Assembly (NCBI GenBank): GCA_965235115.1
Contig: OZ249436.1
Span: 14,694,001-14,758,000 of the forward strand
DNA length: 64,000 nucleotides
Source: Laetmonice hystrix
Taxonomy: Eukaryota
Direction of reading: 5' to 3'
Below are positions 27,237 through 40,480 of this stretch, one piece after another; within the stretch, counting starts at the first letter, position 1; every line of letters begins with the position of its first letter. The translations under genes and the position numbers were made by a program. The notes under the pieces were generated by a model. It was not told the origin of the DNA and did no database searches. It saw only the letters and a program-made list of their open reading frames with translations.

Positions 27237-28555
27237 GTTAGAATACCTCTGGAAGAATGCTGGTGAGAAAGTCTGTCAGGTACGAGCTGCGAGCTCGGTG
27301 GTCTGGTTTCCTTTACCAGTCTAAACTGACTACCTTGGCAGGACCCTAGCTGTTACTGAGGCTTAAAACCTCAATCCCAAGATTTGATTAGCTTGTAGGA
27401 CAAACCTATATTTAAAGAAACATTTCATAGCTATAAAAACTTCTGTTGAGAGCTAGGCAATCAATAAATGCAAAACGCGAAGAGTCTACCATATACATTT
27501 GTAATGTGCATTCTTCAAAGTCTGTAGCAAGCCAGTCCGGTCGGGGGGACACGGAGACGGCAATGGGACACGAAGGACTGACCGCCCGACACGTGATGGC
27601 TCTATTCTTTACTCAAGCAGCTTGTCCGACCACATTAATGGCGTTCTAACGAAGATATGCGGTTCACTTTTCCCGTGGATTACCAGAGAACTGTGAGGTG
27701 ACATGGAGAAGATGAGAACCCAGCCGCTGCGAGCGCCGGTAACATGTGCCGATGAGAGTGACCCGAGCGGGGTGGTCAGGTGTAAATGATGAGTGACGGA
27801 AATAAGAGGTATCAAATACGATACTCTCAGGCGCCTGCATGCATATCAAAGCAGGCTGCTGTCAAATTCATTCGGTGATAACCATCCACATGGAAAACAT
27901 GGACAAAGATTTGTCATGGATTCTTCAGTACTGCAACACATGCATATATGAACAGACAACCAATGAGCTTACATTATTATATGATATCTTACTGATGGGC
28001 TATACTGAATTTTGTAAACAAAATATTGGTTGATTACGACCCTTTTGATATACATGGGGAAGAATGATTCCATGGTTTTTATGAAAGCAAAGTACATTCC
28101 TAGTTTTATTGACCTATCAATGACATGTTGAATCAGTTACAATAGGAAAACTACACCTTTCTATATTGTATCAAAGTTATTATGCTGAATGATACCTACC
28201 GGTACTCTTCTATCAAGTTATTTATAAACCGGTCGATATATTAAACAGAATATTCCAACACGATATGAAACAGGGAACAATGCCACCAACCGGAGAAAAA
28301 AGAACCCTCTCTGAATTGTATTATTAGAATAAACAGAAACCCCGTTACTTGTAAAGGCAATGACATCAATACATAGGACGACCCCATTGAACCTGCAGCG
28401 AGTCCACACACACACCGTATGGATCAAACAACGCACCATGACCCCATACCCGTATACAACAGTTTCGGATGACGTGACTCCGGAGTGGCCTAATGTACGA
28501 GGTGTTGCGCCACAATGCCGCCGGAATGACGGCTGGCTGGGGAAGCGTAAATTAT

Positions 28556-28702
28556 CTGATACCAAACTGTCACAGCTGAAAGCCACCACCAAACTGGACA
28601 ACAACAAATTTCGAGGATTTCTCGGAACAGCCTCACGGCAAGGTAAAACCACTCAGACAGGATAATGGTAATCCGCACACAATGTTTGGTAATCCCTGAC
28701 AA
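28556..28702 (+). repeat. Local dispersed direct repeat, copy B
   Basis: Paralogous to 25329-25474, 3227 bp downstream. It carries a 5-nt ggaac insertion relative to copy A. Confidence 0.9.
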
Positions 28703-29480
28703 AACACCTTCCAACTTCCCTAATCTTCCCGGTCTTGCCATGTATTAACGTCTTGTTGGCTGTAATCTATGTATCACGGCCTTGTGGTCTTACATTCCCA
28801 TTATAAACGTGTAGCTCGTATACCTAATACCCTGAATATATGCTTACTTGGTCTCTGTCTGAGAGGACCTCTACCTGTAGAAGACGGCTTTTTTGAATAA
28901 TTTATATTGTGTTGATTATATTTTTATTTTCTATTAACTACAATAACCAAACGACATAGATGAAAGCACCTCTACGTGGGAAGCTTTCTGTAAGTTTCTC
29001 TAGAGGTGGTTGTGGTGAGCTTTTCCTCCTACATCAAATACGTCGGTGTCGTTTATTATTTAAAAATGGCTGTGTGCTACCTTTGTGACCTTCTCTCAAA
29101 TCAATCTAGCTTTCAGCGCCTTGTCTAAAGCGTCTGTCTGGCAGTGTCAGCGGGTTAGCTGCAATGTGAACGTGAGGACTGCTCGAGCTGTAGCAATATT
29201 CAGCCATCTGGCCCGGTCTGCAGACCCGACTGTCTGTCAGGACCCCGCTCCATGAAGACGGAGCTTGAGGCGTGCGGAGTGGGGGGGGGGGGGGGGCACA
29301 CGAACCCCTGCCAGATCGGACCTCGGCCAATCCATCACACGACCTGCAGACTACCACCCAAAGGGCATCTGCGTCTGGTGGGGGCATCTAACAATCAGAC
29401 CCTACTCGGCTACACCTTGACACTCAACGTGCCACCCCGGCCACTGAGCAGTACCTTGTCCACTAACCAATCGCACCCAC

Positions 29481-30605
29481 CTGATGCGTGCTCTGACTGT
29501 AACTTTAACACTATCTACGGTGACACCATCAGTTACATGATGCGTGCTCTGACTGTAACTTTAACACTATCTACGGTGACACCATCAGTTACATGATGCG
29601 TGCTCTGACTGTAACTTTAACACTATCTACGGTGACACCATCAGTTACATGATGCGTGCTCTGACTGTAACTTTAACACTATCTAAGGTGACACCATCAG
29701 TTACATGATGCGTGCTCTGACTGTAACTTTAACACTATCTACGGTGACACCATCAGTTACATGATGCGTGCTCTGGCTGTAACTTTAACACTATCTACGG
29801 TGACACCATCAGTTACATGATGCGTGCTCTGACTGTAACTTTAACACTATCTACGGTGACACCATCAGTTACATGATGCGTGCTCTGACTGTAACTTTAA
29901 CGCTATCTACGGTGACACCATCAGTTACATGATGCGTGCTCTGACTGTAACTTTAACGCTATCTACGGTGACACCATCAGTTACATGATGCGTGCTCTGA
30001 CTGTAACTTTAACGCTATCTACGGTGACACCATCAGTTACATGATGCGTGCTCTGACTGTAACTTTAACGCTATCTACGGTGACACCATCAGTTACATGA
30101 TGCGTGCTCTGACTGTAACTTTAACACTATCTACGGTGGCACCATCAGTTACATGATGCGTGCTCTGACTGGAACTTTAACACTATCTACGGTGACACCA
30201 TCAGTTACATGATGCGTGCTCTGACTGTAACTTTAACACTATCTACGGTGACACCATCAGTTACATGATGCGTGCTCTGACTGTAACTTTAACACTATCT
30301 AAGGTGACACCATCAGTTACATGATGCGTGCTCTGACTGTAACTTTAACGCTATCTACGGTGACACCATCAGTTACATGATGCGTGCTCTGACTGTAACT
30401 TTAACACTATCTACGGTGACACCATCAGTTACATGATGCGTGCTCTGACTGTAACTTTAACGCTATCTACGGTGACACCATCAGTTACATGATGCGTGCT
30501 CTGACTGTAACTTTAACGCTATCTACGGTGACACCATCAGTTACATGATGCGTGCTCTGACTGTAACTTTAACGCTATCTACGGTGACACCATCAGTTAC
30601 ATGAT
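29481..30605. repeat. Minisatellite, 20 x 56 bp (atgatgcgtgctctgactgtaactttaacactatctacggtgacaccatcagttac)
   Basis: Exact 56-bp period from 29481 to 30600, plus a partial atgat. Only single-base variants occur (aacact/aacgct, ctacgg/ctaagg and a few singletons). No spacers. Confidence 0.99.
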
Positions 30606-31230
30606 ATCAAGAACCTTATACACAGGTTTCATCTTACTGTCGTTATTATTATAATATCACCACCAACAAAATTTAACTGCAATCTTTCTCCTCATATTGC
30701 CCTGCAGCCAGTACTGTTATTATGGCTTCACATAACATCGAGATTACCGCAAATGTAGCCGCATAAACCTACGCGTTAAAAGCGACACCGTCGACATAAC
30801 TGCCTATAAATTCCAGCAGCAGGTCATATTTGGTATTCTATACCGTGGAGCAACACGGTATAGAATAGGGTTTTAAATAAAGTAAAACGTTGTGGTGTCG
30901 TGCTTGCAGCTCGCTAAGGAGAAAAATGGTTCTTCATTGTCATTCTTCTCAGAGGCAATGATAGACCAATTGGCTGCATTAACCTACAAACTGAGGTTTA
31001 ATCCACCACGACGATCAAAGTCGTATCACAAGCGACCTCGGATCACTAAGTCGCTCAGCATCTCAAAGTTCTAATACTCCACAATTATATAAGCGTATTG
31101 TCCCTACAAGCTTGATATCGTATGAAAGATGGATTCCTAGCACGAACTTATTTTGACTGGTTAAAAAAGTGGCTGAGCAAGACATTGGCGGGGATTTAAT
31201 TTCCTACTAGTTGGGAGCTTCTGTGTTTGA

Positions 31231-31945
31231 TTGTTAGCAGCTATCCCCAGGTATTATCCCACGATTGATTGTTAGCAGCTATCCCCAGGTATTATCCCAC
31301 GATTGATTGTAACTTGTTAGCAGCTATCCCCAGGTATTACCCCACGATTGATTGTTAGCAACTATCCCCAGGTATTATCCCACGATTGATTGTTAGCAGC
31401 TATCCACAGGTATTACCCCACGATTGATTGTTAGCAGCTATCCCCAGGTATTATCCCACGATTGATTGTTAGCAACTATCCCCAGGTATTATCCCACGAT
31501 TGATTGTTAGCAGCTATCCACAGGTATTATCCCACGATTGATTGTTAGCAGCTATCCCCAGGTATTATCCCACGATTGATTGTTAGCAGCTATCCACAGG
31601 TATTACCCCACGATTGATTGTTAGCAGCTATCCCCAGGTATTATCCCACGATTGATTGTTAGCAACTATCCCCAGGTATTATCCCACGATTGATTGTTAG
31701 CAGTTGTTAGCAGCTATCCCCAGGTATTACCCCACGATTGATTGTTAGCAACTATCCCCAGGTATTATCCCACGATTGATTGTAACTTGTTAGCAGCTAT
31801 CCCCAGGTATTATCCCACGATTGATTGTTATAGCAGCTATCCCCAGGTATTATCCCTGTTTTGTTAGCAGCTATCCCCAGGTATTATCCCTGCTTTGTTA
31901 GCAGCTATCCCCAGGTATTATCCCTGTTTTGTTAGCAGCTATCCC
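31231..31945. repeat. Minisatellite, ~18 x 38 bp (ttgttagcagctatccccaggtattatcccacgattga)
   Basis: 38-bp period with recurrent variants (caact, atccacagg, tattacccc), two ttgtaac insertions, and shortened ~34-bp units at the 3' end. Confidence 0.98.
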
Positions 31946-33096
31946 TTTAGTTACAGAGATGGACTACCTGGCTGATTTTCCTGACAACCTTCATACAGCC
32001 CTGTCACCTCCAATTCCCCTAAAAGTACATAACCTGCACAAAATGGGTATTCTGGGCTCAGATGTCCAAAATTGAAGACTGCGTGTGCTCTTGGGGTCAT
32101 TGTGTACAGTTTTACGTTTTGACACCTTCATTATAAAAGACTCGCCCTCGCTAGGGTGAATCACTGACTGCTGTATGAAACAGCTGCATATCTTGGCACA
32201 TACACCACTGGAGACAATTAAGTGAAAGAAATAGAAGACATCCCTTCGGGAAGAATTCTATACCAGTAAATGTAATCTGAGCTGCCGTCACGATAAATGA
32301 TAAACAAAACTTCATTAATTAAAACCCCGAGGCTAAAGGCAGGTAAAACGAGAAGAATCTAAAGAATGATCAAAACTAATCAAAACAAGAAAGTGAGTTG
32401 TGTCCAACTCATTCTGTATGGAGGTTCACATAGTTTCAGTAAGTTAACAATATTAGTCATCAATGTACCATTTTCTGTCTTTATTTTCAAACTGAGTCCG
32501 TTGAATGCATAAAACAACAAAAGTGACAGGCTAGAACACAAACGTTAACGCTCGAAAAAGGAAGCAGAAAAAAACGGAATTTTCCAGTCACGATTAGTCC
32601 GGTCCATATAACTACCAACAAATTGGAACCACCTTTGAAGTGAGCGCGTCACCATCCACTACTATACATCAGCCGTGTTTGAGGCCAACAGTGGGGCAGA
32701 GAGACGGGGCGGTCCACTGCTGGTGTGCTGTGATCAGACGATCCACTGAACTCGAGGCCGGTCCAACGGGACGCCAAACGCGACCTCTGGTGGCGAGATC
32801 TATAGCCGAAACGCTCTCTGACCTCGTAACTTGGGATAAATATCGTCTGCCCAACACTGACGTTTGATACCCGCCTTCATAAACATATTATCATCCTCAT
32901 CTGTCACTCCTTCATATCCCACCGAGACGTGTCTAATACCAGTAATATCTCTATAAAGTCAATCCCCTGCTTCATCTGATTAATGATACCGAAAAACCAT
33001 TTTAAACATTTTAAACATATTGGTGTTGTCCAGTACTATTTAGAAGTGAAACCTCTGCATCCCATTAACATCTATTAAACCTGTCTGCTTTTCCAA

Positions 33097-33331
33097 AAGG
33101 AAGTCGCATTTCCATACTGCTACAGGCCGAAATCTGGCACATACCTGGCCTAGAGGTATACGTACACTGCATGTCATAGCGCCACATATCTTAATGTCCA
33201 GCGGCCATTACTATGCAGTCGTAAGGCGCGGGGACTGACAGGGTCACTTGTCATTTAACGCATCTTCAGTGAAAGAATCTTTCTTGCGGCGGTCTGCCGT
33301 GAGCTATCTACATGTTATATATGTCGTATAA
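33097..33331 (+). pseudogene. Decayed ubiquitin-specific protease (USP/C19) C-terminal His-box fragment
   Basis: KEVAFPYCY...*RYTYTACHS, then a frameshift to LHVIAPHILMSSGHYYAVVRRGD*QGHLSFNASSVKESFLRRSAVSYLHVIYVV*. This follows the USP order V.FP..L / Y.L.AVI.H.G / GHYYAYV / W..FND..V / AYLLFY. Confidence 0.45.
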
Positions 33332-36300
33332 TGCCTAAAGACCTCATAATTGTCAATTACTAAGCGAAGTTGAGTTAATATATCTCAATTAATCAAGTTT
33401 AATCAGCACTGACAGGTATAAATGATAGGTCCTCCTGTTACAGCGAGAGACTAATTAACGTCTAAATGCATAAGTAGCCAAGTTAAGTTTGGCGCGAATC
33501 TACAAGACGTAATGGGTTCTTTCTTTGTGTATCGACCATGAGGATCCCGCTCCATCGAAGAGCAGACGAAATCCCCGTAAGCCTCCATTAATTATATGAT
33601 TTGTCAGTTTGCTCCACATGGCTTGTCAGTTTGTCGATTCAGGTTATAAACGTAGAATTTCCATCTGCAACTCCTCGGTTATAGAAACTTCCTCGGCCAT
33701 CAAAGCTTAGGCGCTCAGCCAGAAACAGCGGACGCGTGCACCCTAACGGACTGTAAGCAATCCACCATAAACCTGGAGCTGGAGCTGGGAGGAAGAAGAT
33801 GGCGCCATTCGGAGCACTGGCCGCCAACGGGCTGATGGTGTGACTGAACTACATGAATTCTTATCAACGACGACTGTGATACAGGCTCAAGGAGCTGCTC
33901 CCATCGCCCACTGATAGGTATTTATTGATACTTTACGGATGCAACTGTACCTTGGGTCACAAAACTGCGATTCCCAAAATGAATGAGTGTTGCTCCGCTA
34001 AATCAGATTCACACCATTTTCATGGGAACTTAATAAAAAGCCCACAAACCTCTCAGACCTCTGGATCTACACCCACACGGCACACTCTTACACCGACCGA
34101 CTCATAGTTACAAAGATACATGGCTCATTCGTCTGAGAGTGAATTTACCACCTTCATAACGTTCATAATCATATACAAATTCCGATGAGCTTGACTTTTT
34201 AATTTCACACTACAGTGGACCAAAAGGAGAGTTTTAAGACCTGTGTGTACTGGGACCGTTACCCGGGTTCTCCACCAATGTTACATTAGCCTGTATATAT
34301 GTACTGGGTGAAGTTGAATGATAATGTGAGATGACCGGCTTGTAACATAGAATGTTCAAGTATCGTATTTATTCAGAATATCATTAGTTTCCAAGGTTCG
34401 GTTTGCCCACCTAGTTACGATGATGCTTGGCAGCTTCCACACTTTAAAAGGGTCGCATTCACAGCATCTGGCGGCTTTAACAGCTAGCTATACCTTGTAT
34501 GTACATCATTGTAGTCATATAACATTAATAATATTAGGTACCACTTGAGAATACCTTGATGGGAATACATGGGAATATACTTCAGATGACATATGAGAAA
34601 ATATAGTCTTAGGGCTTGACATCTATTCTTGATTTGATTTGTTAATTTGCTGTTGCTGAGTGGCTATAAATGAGGTATTTGATACATTCAGAAGATAATT
34701 ATTTTTCCATAGCTCATCAGAGGGGTTTCTTTTTTGGGGGGAGGGGGATGTGAACAAATCTTTCTGATGGGGAGCATGGAGGCCCTCCCAAAAATTAAAG
34801 ATACGACCATGCTCCTTTAAAAAAGTATATTTTTAACTGGGTCTCAGCGGGTGATTGTAAATACTTTACGTGTGTCACTCGTCCACGTATCGGTATAATT
34901 GAATACGGTACCAAGGCAGATCACCCATTATAACATCTTCACGTAATCTGATGGTAAGAAATAAAAATCGCAATTCATGGTACGTGTCACGCCATCTCCA
35001 GCTCTTTAACTAATCCTAACACGTGCCCAGGTTTCGTGGAGGTTTTATAATTGGGGACAAACGAGTAGCAATGACGACGACAGATGACATGATACCATCA
35101 TGACATCTGGTGTCGACTTAAAGCACGACTCCCCCCGAGCTGTGAGCTACAGACCAGGACCTGCATTCTGATTCTACTGGTGCCAGCCATAGCGGTACGC
35201 CTAACCTCACTGGCTTCCAACGCTTGGCTTCAGCCTCAATTCCGAGCACAGAAGTAACAAGCCCTATCTGGTTTGGTCGTGGAATGGCATGGTCTCAGAA
35301 ACCAGCGAACAAATTGGAAGGAGCATCTCCCGTGTGCCACCCTGATAGGCCTTATTGAGGCCAGTGTTGGCTGAGATATTCTGCCAGGGCTGATGTATAT
35401 GAGAGAGACCCATTCGGCTGGGTAACCGGCCATTGGCCAAGTCTACCCAGACCAGTACCAGTCAGTCCAATGTGGACTCACGGCAGCTCGGGTAGATGAC
35501 CTGGCATTCGCCTGGCCTTCAGTCCAGCTCAGGGCAAACTGGCTAAATCAATTCTAGACTGCTTGTTACACAGGACAAATGAATTAACATCCTTGCCCAG
35601 CTTCTATCCCATACTACAAGTGAGACCTGCCTGGACATACTCTAGCGTATATAACTAAGCCTGGAATCCAATGGAATTAGCTTTATACGGTACCTCTCAG
35701 GTTGCATCTGTCGCACCTGCGATCTAAATGTAACCATGTCGCATCAAAGAGATAATGACACTTCACACATCCAAGATTTTTAATTAACCTTACTATGGCA
35801 AACTGGGACAAAGATTCACCAAATATCCTACCGCACAAACTTCAACCGAATTTCCGTGAGGCGCCATTGGTTACCCATGTCCAAATATCGAAAGCCCAAT
35901 ATTACGGGGAAGGGACCTAAGGCAGACAACTAATCTTAACATACCCAAATGATTATAAGTCTGGTAAGATGAACCAAATAACCTGGTGAGCGTTCTGGTA
36001 TGACGAGATTGGCTATTACAGGGACTACTCAGATTAGATCGTCTCTCTGGCCTGATTGAGAAAAGTGATTATCCCTTTTCACAAGCTACTGCCTAACCCA
36101 CTGGAAGGCTCGACGTCTTTGTCCCAGTTAGCCATTATTTTTGAAGCTTTACCTTGTCTTTTCTATCTACTGTACACGCCAATACGGTTATACAATTCTT
36201 GATATGTCAGCATCTGTACAAGGTCATTGTATGAGCTGCCTGACATCTGTATTGAATTCCATGTCTATGGCGAATAAAGCTGACTCAACTGATTCGCTTC

Positions 36301-36362
36301 CGCTGCAAAAAGACCAATACCTCGCCAGTGAACTGCTCATTGTTAGGAGGCTGGCGGGAATT

Positions 36363-37171
36363 ATACTTGATGTGGTCCTGATTTGTTCCCTGGAGCTGGG
36401 CCGGGACCCTGTCACCGTGCATTCCTACATTAAAGATCTCCCAGGTCGGGCCCTCAGTACGACCTACCACATTGTGTATACTTGATGTGTTCCTGACTTG
36501 TTCCCTGGAGCTGGGCCCAGGACCCTGTTACCGTACATTCCTACATTAAAGATCTCCCAGGTCGGGCCCTCAGTACGACCTACCACATTGTGTATACTTG
36601 ATGTGGTCCTGACTTGTTCCCTGGAGCTGGGCCCGGGACCCTGTCACCGTACATTCCTACATTAAAGATCTCCCAGGTCTGGCCGTCAGTACGACCTACC
36701 ACATTGTGTATACTTGATGTGGTCCTGACTTGTTCCCTGGAGCTGGGCCGGGACCCTGTTACCGTATATTCCTACATTAAAGATCTCCCAGGTCGGGCCC
36801 TCAGTACGACCTACCACATTGTGTATACTTGATGTGTTCCTGACTTGTTCCCTGAAGCTGGGCCCGGGACCCTGTCACCGTACATTCCTACATTAAAGAT
36901 CTCCCAGGTCTGGCCGTCAGTACGACCTACCACATTGTGTATACTTGATGTGGTCCTGACTTGTTCCCTGGAGCTGGGCCGGGACCCTGTTACCGTATAT
37001 TCCTACATTAAAGATCTCCCAGGTCGGGCCCTCAGTACGACCTACCACATTGTGTATACTTGATGTGTTCCTGACTTGTTCCCTGAAGCTGGGCCCGGGA
37101 CCCTGTTACCGTACATTCCTACATTAAAGATCTGCCAGGTCGGGCCCTCAGTACGACCTACCACATTGTGT
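36363..37171. repeat. Tandem repeat, 7 units of 115/116 bp, with a duplicated 231-bp dimer
   Basis: Units start at 36363, 36478, 36594, 36710, 36825, 36941 and 37056. Units 3/5 share gtctggccgtcag, 4/6 share accgtatattcc, and 5/7 share cctgaagctg. Confidence 0.98.
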
Positions 37172-37520
37172 TCATGGCGAAATGTCCACAATAACGTCAC
37201 GCGGAGAAATAAAAAATTCAGCGATCTTTATAAATATAGCTACATACATGTGCCCATTCATACATGGACGCCTGTGTTCACACTCAACTTGAAGTGTGAA
37301 CACACCTTAACCCCCAAGTGTGGCCCAGTCTGTGGCTCAACCATACGGTGCCTGGGCATGTGTATACTGAACACATTTGTTCTGGTGTATCTTTCCCACG
37401 GTGGTGGTCTCTGAAACAATCAGCCTGAACTAAAATGAACTACAATGGATGAGTCAGCAAGACCTTATAGTATATTACCATCAAACATTTGCAGAATGCC
37501 TCGCGGGCATTTTGTTGGGC

Positions 37521-37558
37521 GTGGGGGGTGGGGGGGGGTGGGGGGGGTGGGGTGGGTG
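37521..37558 (+). repeat. G-rich tract with G-quadruplex potential
   Basis: Runs of G6, G9, G8, G4 and G3 separated by single T. Confidence 0.7.
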
Positions 37559-40119
37559 CACACAGCTCCGTAAATCTGTCCAAACGCCTAAATTATACTT
37601 TTTTTGAATTTTGTCCCTGTATGGGCAATTCAGCGGCTGCGTTGTCGGCTGTTTGGCCTTAAATCTATTTAAAGTCTGAACGAAAAATCGATGATATAGA
37701 TGAGAGATGGCAAGTCGCACCTGCCACTATTATCTATATATGTGCGGCGTGAAATTTAGTCCCACCATGAACATTTAGAATTCTTGTACTCATCATTTTA
37801 TTATGAGAATTTGGAGTTTTTGCTCTGTCTATTTAAATGTATTTTTATGTCAAAAGACCGTTCTTATCAACACTTCCCCATTCTAGTCACTGTAATCTTA
37901 TCATGACAATCATTTTACCATATCGCTCTGCCTACATTGTGATACAGTGACCATTTAGTATGTAAAAGTTCTGCAATGTCTCCTTACCATCCATTACAGT
38001 ATTACACACAATAACCCAGCACCAGCACGGTAGTTTTGGCAAGCCCAGACAGCAGACTTCTGACAGAAACTGTTTGCTCCCGCTGTCAGTGTCAACAGAT
38101 CTTTAGTGTTTTGTCATAACTGGAAAGACCCAGACTTTACGGATCCTTCGCTTTTTCCATTCATATTAAAGATGTAACATGTAAAGCATCCAGTGAAATC
38201 TTTGTTTTACCGGTACTTCGGTAGGTGGATCCGGTCTATGGATAATGTCTTAACTAACTAAACCTACCTATAGTACCTGGACAGTCGCGGTCGTGATTAA
38301 TTCTGAGAGGATTTAGCAAGTCATTGATGATAAGCGGAGGAGCAGTTCACCTCCATTCAAACAGCACAGCTTCATGCGATTTTTTATTACGGTGTCCCAA
38401 AACAACAACCACGCACTAATGCTAAAAAGGTTCAATATCTTTGAGGTGGTTTACAATCCAAGGTGCATGATGTACTTGTGTAAATTCCACAAATCAGTCA
38501 TGTCTCTTTGACTCATGCAGTTCTGGATTTAGAAGCGACCTCTTGATAAATCCCTCGTTTGCTATCCTAATGATGACTTTCATAATAATATTCCTTCATC
38601 ACTGGGACAGCCACTGATTGCACCTCTATCTTTCCGTTGTGGATGGACCGGTGGCCGGAATGACATCCCAGACAGCCCGCTGCAGTTCGCCAGCCGCCTT
38701 TACCTGCCACATGTGACGAACAGCCACTCACATCCATCACACTGTCCCAAATTGGCTAAACGGTAGTAATTACAGTCCCAGCTCTTGCCCTTTCTCTTCT
38801 CCATCCTTACAAATTGCCATCTTATTCTCCGAGTCTTCATTAGGAAGCTGCAGAATTGCTGGAGGGCCTTAGGTTTGATGGGGGCCTTCCAGGCGAATAG
38901 TGTGGCAGTGGTTGCACGGCAAGGGCACAGCTTCACGACCCAATAACTTTCATCTATTTCCATGTTAATGACTCCTTGCCGCCAATCTGATATTCCAGTC
39001 ATGTTTCCCAGCTTGGCAAGGGGCGAGCTACAAGGCCGAGTACATCAGTGAGGACCTGACGGTGGTCGTGGCTGTTATCGAGGCCTTTCTACCCCTACTG
39101 AGTTAAACATACCACCCACTGCCATCTGAACCTTGAAATGACAACCCCTGCCCTTTTGTTTCAGCGATAATCTTATATTCATAAAGGATAAAAGAAAGAA
39201 TATCCAAAACAGAAGAATCCTATTCTAAACGTACAGCTATCATCCCCCTACTTCACTATATAGCCAGGTTTTCTCGGAATCTTTGACCTTGTTTACTTAC
39301 AAGTGACTTGACTTCAGTGTTTCCATTAAGTTTACACTTGTATTTTAGTTTTCAAGCAATATATTTGAGAACTAATAATACAATAATTCTAGAGGTCGTA
39401 AAACAATATTTGATTATTCAGATTATACCTCGGGGCACATGAATCCTAGGTTAAAATCCTCCCTTAGGTCCTTACGTTTAATTTATACAACGTTATGCGT
39501 ATATATTGACTAGGCCCCCACTCCGGAGTTCATGGTGTCACTGCGGTCGTCTGATAATACAAAGACCTATTGACAATAATAATCCTATTCTATGCTGAAC
39601 CACTACTTCTTTCCTTGGTTATAAATTGAACACAGGTGGCAACATTTAAAGATGCATCAGTTGTGTGAAGCTATCTGGATGATGTTGTTTTTTCTTTGAA
39701 ACACTGAAGCTCCGGGTGTTAGACAATTACCATGCCATTCATCATGGGTAAATGAAAACTGATCCTCCCCAGTTGGTTCATGAACAAACACCACTCTTTG
39801 AGCTTATACGAACAGTACTTCTACAGACTACCGTAGCTTGATTTTATATCTTAAAGTACTTTCCATTGGTATACGATGCCCGCTCAAAGGATGTATGACT
39901 GGACAAATTTAGATTAGACACAAATATCTTATAAAATAATTGAAACCAGAAATACATTTTCCTACGGCACAGTTTACATTACAAAAGCCAGCACCAAAAT
40001 CAAGGATGTCTCACTTTGAAACGTTGTTATTATTGTTTTTCCACTAGTACTACCGGTATTTATTTAATATAGAAAAAAGATCCATCTTTCAAGCAGTGAC
40101 ACTCGCATGATTTGCTATG

Positions 40120-40480
40120 CTGGGAGATGAACGGCGTGACCTCTAGGGTGTTACATTACCATTTCATCCTTAATATTCAAGACTGGTATGGAATGAACGT
40201 CTCTTCGAAGATGTCCTTTCCTTGTGCGTATCTATGAAATGATCAATGAAGAAATACTATTGAAGGAGACATTTGGCTCTACCCGAGGACATCAACTCCT
40301 TCCCAGTAAGGTGGGTTCTGGACTCACTCCACCTGTTATACCACAACACCAGACATGTACAGCATACTTCTTTTGATGTTCTTCTCGAAAATGTACAGAT
40401 TTACAAAGAATACATCCCACGTGGAACCAAACAGTGGTGGTCAGTCGGCTTGCGTTCCTCCTTCCCACCCATACAATAAC
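40120..40480 (+). mobile_element. Decayed LINE (CR1/L2-like) ORF2 3' end
   Basis: GDERRD..GVT..., IYEMINEE..., STRGHQL..., QTCTAYFF and WNQTVVVSRLAF follow the LINE C-terminal pattern LYKIVNGL...STRGH...RT..YKYSFFPR.I..WN.LP..VV.S.SL..FK. Confidence 0.5.

Noticed and set aside
29481-30605. CRISPR array (also considered for the 38-bp and 115-bp arrays)
   Set aside because: Units are head-to-tail with no unique spacers, there are no cas genes, and the context is eukaryotic.
36614-37414. Repeated 72-aa ORFs as a tandem peptide gene cluster
   Set aside because: They are a by-product of the 231-bp repeat period, begin at non-ATG codons and have no promoter or signal-peptide evidence.
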